Assembly: GCA_964016885.1 (NCBI GenBank)
Contig: OZ024740.1
Span: forward strand, 204,352,001 to 204,416,000
Origin: Eledone cirrhosa
Taxonomy: Eukaryota
Direction: 5' to 3'
Length of the DNA stretch: 64,000 bases
Positions within the stretch are counted from its first letter, which is position 1. Each line of letters begins with the position of its first letter. Shown here piece by piece: positions 11,559 to 19,523 of the stretch. The translations under genes and the position numbers were made by a program. The notes beneath the pieces were generated by a model that had not been told where the DNA came from, searched no databases, and was given only the letters and a program-made list of their open reading frames with translations.

Positions 11559-11648
11559 TTTTTATTTTTTTTTATTTTTTATTGTGCAATGGCCATACTC
11601 GATAACGAGGGGGCAGCCATCATGTATGTATGTATGTATGTATGTATG
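7233..11648 (+). mobile_element. Full-length RTE-clade (BovB-like) LINE
   Basis: ~380-bp 5' UTR, a single intact ORF, a microsatellite-rich 3' UTR, the terminus CTCGATAACGAGGGGGCAGCCATC and an (ATGT)n tail. Confidence 0.92.
7617..11162 (+). CDS. RTE LINE ORF: APE endonuclease, reverse transcriptase and three C2H2 zinc fingers (1181 aa)
   Basis: APE motifs WNVRTL, LSETR, GDFNARVG, LDYVL and TDH. RT motifs YRGISLL, DLTKAFD, GVKQG and LYADD. C-terminal CxxC-x12-HxxxH(H) occurs three times. Confidence 0.93.
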   Translation: MMFQNNVNEIIANLGSGTKEIIGNKGRGPKLSQPGPARHRAIVIEPNRAFSLGCWNVRTLLDRDSLERPERRTALVAKELRRYDLDIVALSETRLAGDGHLTEFCGEYTFFWKGRDEGTRREAGVGFAVKTVLVNKLEEFPVGISERLMSMRVPLDKGRYATLVSVYAPTMNSVDEEKLSFYHALKGVLRNIPQADKVIVLGDFNARVGRDFNTWNVIGRHGVGKCNSNGMLLLQMCEELDLCVTNTMFQQKNKFKTTWMHPASKEWHLLDYVLVRMRDRQDVRCVRVLRGAECWTDHRLVRAKVNLITKRKIRAPGVTLPKRLNAARLKDKNVKRTLEEEMQAADLGEDWPTLKKSVYDVGRRVLGLVQRKHRDWFNEKDVHIDDLLADKRRALSRYLTARPQERNTLHEELRDVKSRVRRSLSQMKDRWWSEKAGEIQTASDCNNTKLLYSLLREVYGPSSSLVTPIRSRDGKELLRDSQGILRRWREHFDDLLNQPSVVSEDFLNLIPESPVKVALAEPPTLVEVAVAISKLNSGRSPGMDGIHAELLQYGGERLLQHLHSLFGRIWANESVPEDWRDAVMVVLYKGKGNRNDCGNYRGISLLSVVGKVLCRVLLDRLLTHIADCVLPESQSGFRVGRGTTDMIFSARQLQERCIEQGLDLYQVFVDLTKAFDTVNRDALWKVLQKLGCPDKFLALVRSFHDDMKAWVNVGGNMSEPISVKNGVKQGDIPAPTLFAIYFAMVFCVAFRNCEHGVYIRYRTSGSIFNIRRFAAKTKVFTSVIRDLLYADDCDLVAHTESDMQHILNVFSDACTALGLTVSLKKTVVMYQPAPGRQYTEPNIYVYGKRLGVVDQFVYLGSTVNRHGNLDSEISLRIRKASDAFGKLERRLWGRRDICRRTKVKVYRACVLSCLLYACETWVTYRRHLKQLERFHQMCLRRIHGVRWRDHISDVEILESSMCDSIEALVLKQRLRWSGHLARMKDSRIPKQLFYGELVKGKRPPHKPKKRYKDSLKASLRDANISADTWENVAADRNKWRKTVYEGKVAFEASRIAHEKVKRDVRKGIAVALPDGEGPPMFLTCSVCARLCLSKAGLESHLRSHKVRPVVDYQAAVGDATHHACQTCGRECKSAGGLKRHAKVHELQPQPTIPSKCFGCRLCARHFGSLAGLKSHIRSQHC

Positions 11649-12024
11649 GCGGAGGAACTCAGTAGAGTCAACGGCCATCCAAATAGTATTTCTTTTTTTT
11701 TCCACCTGGGAGTGAAAGCCCCCAGTTGTTGTCACAACACCTTTCTAAGAGAGGGGAACTCTGAAAAAGACCTGCGGCTTTGAAAGCATCCGATGATGTT
11801 GACCAGTTCTCCTTTTCGAGTAGTGTTTTCGATGCTCAGAGAGCGGGATTGTTCGAGTGCAAGGCCTTTCCCCACTTAAAAAAACTTCAAAGCACAGGCA
11901 TTGCTTGTTCAGGATATGTTACAGGTTCGTGTGGCTGGTCGTAGCCTAAAAGTTCACAAAACTCTATAATCTGACAAGCGATTGCAATATTCTTAGCAGA
12001 ATTTGCAGCCATCATGTATGTATG
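11649..12024 (+). mobile_element. RTE-derived non-autonomous bipartite element
   Basis: Shares CTGGGAGTGAA, ACCTGCGGCT, CCGATGATGTTGA, GCTCAGAGAG.GGGATT and GCACAGGCATTGC with the RTE 5' UTR. Ends in GCAGCCATC(ATGT)n. No ORF. Confidence 0.75.
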
Positions 12025-12117
12025 TGTGAGTGTGTATGTAACGGCTTTCCCAAACAATCTTTCCTAATCACATATTTCATGATGCTTCATATAAACTAAA
12101 CAATTATTACATTCTAG

Positions 12118-12281
12118 GGATGGCTTTGCACTAACTCAATTAAATATACCAACACTGCCACGATTTATAACAAATCTGAACTGTAAAGGAAATGAATATT
12201 CTATTGACGAATGTTCGTATGATCTAGGCACTCGGCAGAGTTGCTCTTATTCGTATAATGTTGGAGTTTTCTGTTCCATGG
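12118..12281 (+). CDS. Exon of SRCR-domain protein (C-terminal half of an SRCR domain)
   Basis: Acceptor cattctAG and donor GTaagc. 164 nt, phase 2 to 1. Translates to DGFALTQLNIPTLPRFITNLNCKGNEYSIDECSYDLGTRQSCSYSYNVGVFCSM (C.G.E..l..C....C....vGV.C). In frame with exons 1272-1410 and 14807-14948. Confidence 0.88.
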
Positions 12282-12367
12282 GTAAGCCATATTCATATTT
12301 CATAAACGTTAAAGCAAAATCCAATGTTCAAAAACCATTCTGTATGCGTGTATGTATGTATGTGTTG

Positions 12368-12441
<74 letters not shown>

Positions 12442-12624
12442 GCGCGCGCGTGTGTATTGACGATTGTTCCCCTTGCTTCTGCTGGACACCACCAGAGGGC
12501 GATAGTCCCGGTGTTTGACATAGCTACGGCTTTCTAAATGTGTATCCATAAACATACCGTATATCTTTAGAAATACGAAATTTCAATACATATCTGTATC
12601 CAGCTATGCATGAAGCTAATACCT

Positions 12625-12721
<97 letters not shown>

Positions 12722-12872
12722 TAACAGATTAAAGTTTAAGCAAAGAATCGCTGCTTTCGCCTTCTTTGGAATTTAGTCTTCACATTTATTATTACTATAT
12801 ATATATATATACATATGAAAAGAGTCAGGACCCGACGGCTGAGCTCCGGCCGTTTCGACAGCTAGATCCGAA

Positions 12873-12919
<47 letters not shown>

Positions 12920-12942
12920 CGCGCGCGTGCGTGTGTGTATAA

Positions 12943-13235
12943 TGAAGAATAAGAATGCATAATGTGGTTTTACATCAATTTATTCGATTCGGAAAATTTC
13001 TATTACAAATGTTTCAACAGGTTTGACGTCTATGCAGTGTGTTGGTTCCATAGAATCAACCCAGTCTCTTTAGATGGTCTTCCGAACATTCATTTATCCA
13101 CACCTGTGGTTCTATGATATTGTAGAGAGAAGAGATTGAATTTTATCAGTTTTTCTATCTCTCCGCCCATAAACTAATGTTCGGAAGAGCATCTGAAGAG
13201 ACCGGATTGATGCTATGTAACCAACTTATTCTTCA
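12943..13235. mobile_element. Short fold-back element with a hammerhead-like motif (Penelope-type remnant)
   Basis: Inverted arms at 13041-13090 and 13176-13225, plus outer IR TGAAGAATAAG / CTTATTCTTCA. The minus strand has CT(G/A)AAGA...GAAACATTTGTA, and the right arm keeps CTGAAGA. Confidence 0.5.
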
Positions 13236-13320
13236 CTGTATATACTCCGCAGATGAAATCCGAGTTACTTCAGGCAATTGAGTGCTTATCTCAGGATACC
13301 TATATATATATATATATATA

Positions 13321-14220
13321 AAGACACCCTACGGTCATGAGGATCGTGGGGGCAGAGTCCTCAAACACTCCTTCCAGCGGGTCCTGTTAGAAGCAACTGT
13401 CTCCAACTGATCCAGCTGGACCTCTAAATGAGACCAACCAAGCTCATAGATGTTATCTAACCGTCTTTCTCGGGGTCTACCCCTGAGTCTCCTGTCGGTT
13501 GTTTTTGCATTCCTTAGATATTCTAACCACATGCACATAGTATCGAAGCTGTAATCTCTCAATTCGGAGAAGTAGCGGTTCTACCTGGAATGACTCTCTG
13601 ATCTTTGAGCCGCGCACTCTATGGAATAAAGTTGTTCCAAAGACCATTCGAAAGAAGCCCATTTCGGCCGGTTGTATTCGCGATCGTATTCTTTCGGTCA
13701 TTACTCAAGATTCATGACTATACAGAATGGTTAGCATGAATACTGAATTGAAGATAGCGAGTTTGTCTTTTATGCCTACCTGCCTTTTTCTGATGCCGAA
13801 GCTGGTGCATTACTGCACCAGTTCCTGTAATTCTTACTCTTAATTCAGCCTCCTGTCTTCCAACACTCGTGAAAACGGCCCCGAGATACTTGAACTTCTC
13901 TACCTGCTTCAGTGGCACTACATTCACATGCAGAGTGCACTGTGCAGGCTTCCTTGAGAAGACGAGGGTCTGAGTTTTTGAAGCACTGATTTTTATTCCA
14001 GCTATGCAGCACTCGGCATCAAGCCTATCATGTGAAGGTCAGACATCACCTTCTGTCGAATTAAGCAACACCACGTCTGCAAATTCCAGTCGACTGATTT
14101 TACACCCGCCAATCATGATACCACTTCCAACCCGGCTGCACATGTCAATCTTGTTCATGTAAATAATAAACAGGAGAGATGACAGTACTCACCCTTGGCG
14201 GAATCCGACTCCCATTTTGA
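13321..14220 (-). pseudogene. Decayed 5'-truncated RTE-clade (Expander/Rex3-like) LINE
   Basis: Broken frames GVGFRQG*VLSSLLFIIYM..RLEFAD, VEKFKYLG, IRSRIQPAEMGFFRMV..LLRIERLQLRYYVHV and RGRPRERRLD. Confidence 0.8.
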
Positions 14221-14222
14221 AT

Positions 14223-14304
<82 letters not shown>

Positions 14305-14308
<4 letters not shown>

Positions 14309-14662
14309 AATAATGGAGCTGCGGCGCTGCAAATGGGTTACATATGAAAAAGTTTGTCCTCATCAGTGGCCATCCAACCGTCGTAGGCATTTCGTCGCAT
14401 TAAAGGCCATATACCTCAGGTTGGTGCGAGCAACGGCTAAAAAAAAGTCGTTGGGACACGTATATAAAGGGGACGCTAGGGTAAACAAACAAAATGGTTT
14501 AAGCAGCAGAAAGTGATGAAAAAGGAAACAAGTCCCAGATTTCTATGAATATAAATTCGGTGGATTCGTGAACGAGAGAATAAAGACCATCAAACCTGGT
14601 TGAAATGTGAGCAAGGAAGGAATTTCGCACAGGTCTAACGGGAGGAGGAAGGGGTCTGGTCA
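14305..14662 (+). mobile_element. Probable solo LTR inserted in (TA)n
   Basis: 358 bp with TGA...TCA ends and (TA)n on both sides. TATATAAAGG at 14461 and AATAAA at 14579. Confidence 0.55.
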
Positions 14663-14806
14663 TATATATATATATACAGACACACACAGTTGACACACAG
14701 CTTTGTTACAATTTGGTAAAGAGACCGAATATTTCTTATTCCTTCTTTAAAATAATAAGTTACATATTTACATGAATAATGAAAATGTGTTGTTGCTATA
14801 TTTCAG

Positions 14807-14948
14807 TTGACATGCGCATCAATGGTACAGTGCCGGATAGTTCACATGGATATCTGGAAATCTTGTACCGTGGAATTTGGGGTTCTGTCTGTAACGGACA
14901 TTGGTCAAACACAAACGCTGCAGTTGCGTGTCGATCTCTCGGTTATAG
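14807..14948 (+). CDS. Exon of SRCR-domain protein (N-terminal half of the next SRCR domain)
   Basis: Acceptor atttcAG and donor GTaaat. 142 nt, phase 1 to 2. Translates to DMRINGTVPDSSHGYLEILYRGIWGSVCNGHWSNTNAAVACRSLGY, a canonical SRCR start. Confidence 0.92.
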
Positions 14949-14998
14949 GTAAATTTGCTATTATTATTGTTGTTGTTGTTGCTGTTTTTGTTGTTGTT

Positions 14999-15214
14999 AG
15001 GGCAGTGGATTGGCAGAATCGGTTAAGCGTTGGACACTATGCTTTGCACCATAGAGTTGCAGCTCTTCACGATCTGAGTTCAAATCCTGCCGAGGTTAGC
15101 TTTGCCTTTCATTCTTACGGGGTCGATAAAAAAAATTCCAGTAATGCACTGGGGTCGGTTTAATCGACTTTCCCCTCCCCTTCAAATTGCTGGCCTCGTG
15201 CCTATAGTAGAAAT
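14999..15214 (+). mobile_element. tRNA-derived SINE, full length
   Basis: A-box TGGCAGAATCGG, B-box GAGTTCAAATCC and the same core as 1492-1680. Flanked by (TTG)n. Confidence 0.85.
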
Positions 15215-15866
15215 CACTGTTGTTGTTGTTGTTGTTTACGCTTTGTAAGTTTTGTTTCTGTGACTAAAACGACCAACTTTAAGGAGTTGGTCGTTTTTCC
15301 CTTACCTTTGGCTCTAAAGGGTTATAGCTACATTTATATTCTTGTTTCATTCCTCCTTTAAACTTTAACAAAAAATCATGGTGGATACCGAAGTTTCTTT
15401 CCTTGAGAAAAGCGACGACGTCTTGCACGAAAAATAAACAGCAACGTCCCAACCAGCCTCACCACTGTCGCCACCAACACCACCACAATAACAACTCTGC
15501 TCAACATGGAGTTGACTTGAGACAAAGTGCTAGCAACGAGGTTGGCGCTTGTCGTCAAGAGTCTGGTGGAGGAGGCGCAAATTTGCGGGATCCCAACCGG
15601 GTCCATACACAACAACTTCACCTCGTACATATGTTTTTATATATATATATATATTTCGTTTCTGAATTTGTTTAGCAAGATTCTTTATCTGAAAACGTGT
15701 GTTGAAACCGATATTGTTATACTTTGGGAGGGTCATGTTGTCAATAAGAAACACACGCACCAGTTGCTTTCAATTCAATTTATTATAAATTAAATTTATA
15801 AATTTAGGAATTTATAAATTTCCGGTTGGTTGGTTGGTTCCACAACCAGACGATTGTTCATATATT

Positions 15867-15906
15867 GTCAAAGTTCTTTCGTCACCTCTGTGACCTCTTC
15901 AGTGAC
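15867..15906 (-). ncRNA. Minimal hammerhead ribozyme motif in the Penelope pseudo-LTR
   Basis: Minus strand: GTCA CTGAAGA G GTCAC AGAG GTGAC GAAA GAAC TT TGAC. This gives stem I GTCA/TGAC, core CUGANGA, stem II GTCAC/GTGAC, GAAA and a very short stem III. Confidence 0.65.
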
Positions 15907-16105
15907 TGGAGATTCTTTTCTTTGTTTTTGTGTCTCTCCTTTGTTCTGTCCTACGCCATCTTGTTTTTGTGTGTGTTGTGTGCTTAGTTTTCGCATGTGT
16001 TACATCCGTGTGTCTATGTGTGTTTATATTTGTTTATTTATTTGTTTATTTACATGTTACTGGTTGGTTGTTTGTTCTATGTGTGTGTGTGTTTTCATTT
16101 TGTCC

Positions 16106-16921
16106 TTAATTGTAAGTTGTGATGTTGCTATTCCATTCATGCTTTCTATTTAATTTTGGTTGGAGTTCATTTATGTTTATTGCCTCTGTGATTTGTCTAA
16201 ACATTGCGTCTTTTCTGTGTGTAGATTCTATTTTTATTTCTATGTTCTTTAATTTGCCCTTATGTTCTATTTTAGCATGTTGGTAGAGTACAGATGATTC
16301 TTTACTATCTTGAAGCTCTCGCCAGTGTTCATTTATCCGTTCTCCTATACTATGAGCTGTCTCACCTATGTACACTATATTCTTATCTCTACATTGTCCT
16401 TCAGTACATCTTATGCTATATACTACATTTCTAGTTTTACAGTTAATATGGGGGCTTAGTTTACAGATTATACATTTCTTATCTATACAGGGAGGTCTTT
16501 GAAAAGGGTATGTATTGCTAATAAGTGTTTTTATAGAGGTACCTGGTCTTTCTACTATCTTAATATTGAGTTTATGTTTATGTAGGGCCCTTCTGAATTT
16601 GTAAGCTAATTCACCTCTAGGGGTTGTATTGATGAACATTACACTCTGGTATTTATTGCTATCATACCATGAGTGTATTCTATTAACCTTATTCCTAGTT
16701 CTTTCTATTCTATTCCAAAATTTGCTCCTATACAAGGGGCAGGTCCCATTTGTATCATTATTTACCATGTTTTCCCATTTGGTTCTGGCTCCTCTATATA
16801 CTCTGATATTATCTCTCTGGTTGTAACCAGAGAACTGCATACGGTGGATGAAGTGTTGTATGTGTCTCTCTAGTTCTTTGGGGTTGCACATGCGGGACAC
16901 GTTTCTCATCACCAGTACCAA
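16106..16921 (-). pseudogene. Penelope linker and GIY-YIG endonuclease fragment (inverted arm, 271 aa open)
   Basis: PCIDKKCIIC, NVVYSIRC..VYIGET..ERINEH and EAININELQPKLN. Confidence 0.8.
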
Positions 16922-18181
16922 ATCCGCAATCAGTATGTTGATTTTGGTGTGGTTGATGATATAAACATCGTAGTAAAAACACCCTCACTAGAGAACAGTC
17001 AGGAATTAGAGAAAAACACCATGGAAAGCATCCAGCAAATAGCTAACTCCATCCACCAGAGTATTAGAGTTACTATAGACTACCCAAGCAAACACCCCAA
17101 CCATCGATTACCTGTACTAGACACAGAGCTCTGGTTAGATACTATCAATAACAAAAAACAGATCCTCCATTCCCATTATGCCAAACCCAAGACTTCCAAA
17201 CATCTGATCCACCGAAACTCAGCTGTTTCGGACCACACCAAAATCAACATACTGATTGCGGATTTGGTACGGGTGATGAGAAACGTGTCTCGCATGGCAA
17301 CCCCAAAGAACTAGAGAGACACATACAACACTTCATCCACCGTATGCAGTTTTCTGGTTACAACCAGAGAGATAAGATCACAGTATATAGAGGGGCCAGA
17401 ACCAAATGGGAAAACATGGTAAATAATGATACAAATGGGACCTGCCCCTTGTATAGGAGCAAATTTTGGAATAGAATAGAAAGAACTAGGAATAAGGTTA
17501 ATAGAATAAACTCATGGTATAATAGCAATAAATACCAGAGTGTAATGTTCATCAATACAACCCCTAGAAGTGAATTAGCTTACAAATTCAGAAGGGCCCT
17601 AGATAAACATAAACTCAATATTAAGATAGTAGAAAGACCAGGTAGCTCCATAAAAACACTTATTAGCAATACATACTCCTTTCAAAGACCTCCCTGTATA
17701 GATAAGAAATGTATAACCTGTAAACTAAGCCCCCATATTAACTGTAAAACTAGAAATGTAGTATATAGCATAAGATGTACTGAAGGACAATGTAGAGATA
17801 AGAATATAGTGTACATAGGTGAGACAGCTCGTAGTATAGGAGAACGGATAAATGAACACTGGCGAGAGCTTCAAGATAGTAAAGAATCATCTGTACTCGA
17901 CCAACATGCTAAAATAGAACATAAGGGTAAATTAAAGAACATAGAAATAAAAATAGAATCTACACACAGAAAAGACAAATGTTTAGACAAATCACAGAGG
18001 CAATAAACCTAAATGAACTCCAACCAAAATTAAATAGAAAACATGAATGGAATAGCAACATCACAACTTACAATTAAGGACAAAATGAAAACACACACAC
18101 ACATAGAACAAACAACCAACCAGTAACATGTAAATAAACAAATAAATAAACAAATATAAACACACACAGACACACGGATGT

Positions 18182-18232
<51 letters not shown>

Positions 18233-19523
18233 GTTAACTATTTTTCCCATTTTGACGCTATAGTCGCATATATGTTATGGAATACTGTTAGCTTCTCGCT
18301 ACAACAATTTCTATACCTATCATTTATATATTTACACTCGGATTTTTTTCCTAGAGTGCTTAAATTATTTGTGACTAATCCCGGTTTTTTTATAAAAACT
18401 GCGATAATATTGCTTTTTGCTGAACTCCTTTTTTAGAGTTTTTTTTCGGAATGTATTTGACTATTGTTTCTTGTAAACAAACATTCGCCTCATTCTGACG
18501 TCACTAGCCCCGTCTTTCCTCATGTGCGTTTTTCCTCATTTACTTTTGTTGTTGCTGCAGGTACTACGACTACTGCCTCCGCCGCTGTTGCTGTGGTTGT
18601 TGTTGGTGTTGCTGCTGCTAATGCTGTTGTTGTTTATGCTGCTGGTGATGCTGTTGCGGCTGCTACTGTTGTTTTCATTGTCACTGTTGCTGTTGTTATT
18701 ACGGCTGCTACTGCTATTATTCCTGACGTCAGACGAATGAACTGGGTTTTCGTATTTCCCGCACACCTGTTTCGTCGCTGTCGTCGTCGTCGTGGAGAAA
18801 CTTTGCACGCTTTGCACGAGACTTTTCTTTTCTTTCGTCACTTGCGAAAGAGAAGGGAGGGAGAGAGACACATTTAAAGAAGGGAGGGAGAGAGACAATC
18901 TTCTCTCTGCTGTAGTGATGATTGAGGAAGAAGAAGACGGAATGAGTGGGAGTGACGTATGAAATTTCTTTTTCGTAGCCATGTTGTTTTTTGTTTAAAA
19001 TGAATATTGGGTACAAAACCCCAATAACTGGTTATTTAGCCCCGAAGGGCCAAATAACGGACAGAAAGACCCCTCTCACGAGGAGGAGGGTGTCTTTATC
19101 AACAATTTGGTTCAAGTTTTAAACAATTTACAATTGTTTTAACGGTTAAAAATTACTATACCTTACAGAGCCGAGCCTCCGTCAACCATGGCATTCAATA
19201 ATAATAATAATAATAATAATAGATAGACTTAGTGACCTGGCCACCGGCCAAACGTCAACATCAACAACTATGGGACTGCTGGCTCACCCCTTCCTCACCA
19301 ACAATATAAAAAGCCCCGGCACCACCACCGACATAGCCAACAACAATAATATGCAACTACAGCAAAAAGTATATTATATTATTGTAATGCACTGGGTGAT
19401 TGCTGGCCTTGTGCCTGGAGTGGAGACAATTATTAATAATTTCATTCTTAAGCCACGCAATGCTCACATTAAGGAACCACTCATGATAATAACAATTTTT
19501 AAAAAAAAACAACAAAAAGAAAA

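Larger units (their letters stand above)
15820..18185. mobile_element. Penelope-like element: 5'-truncated forward copy plus inverted 3' copy
   Basis: The forward copy (16952-18185) has RT VDD, LPVLD, the thumb and GIY-YIG (NVVYSIRC..YIGETARSIGERINEH), with frameshifts. 15998-16953 is the reverse complement of 17232-18185. Confidence 0.9.

Noticed and set aside
14807-15163. 118-aa ORF from the track
   Set aside because: Wrong frame over the real SRCR exon, then runs into a SINE.
15279-15288. TTAAGGAGTT identical to part of the satellite monomer within a hairpin
   Set aside because: A 10-bp match with no flanking similarity is compatible with chance.
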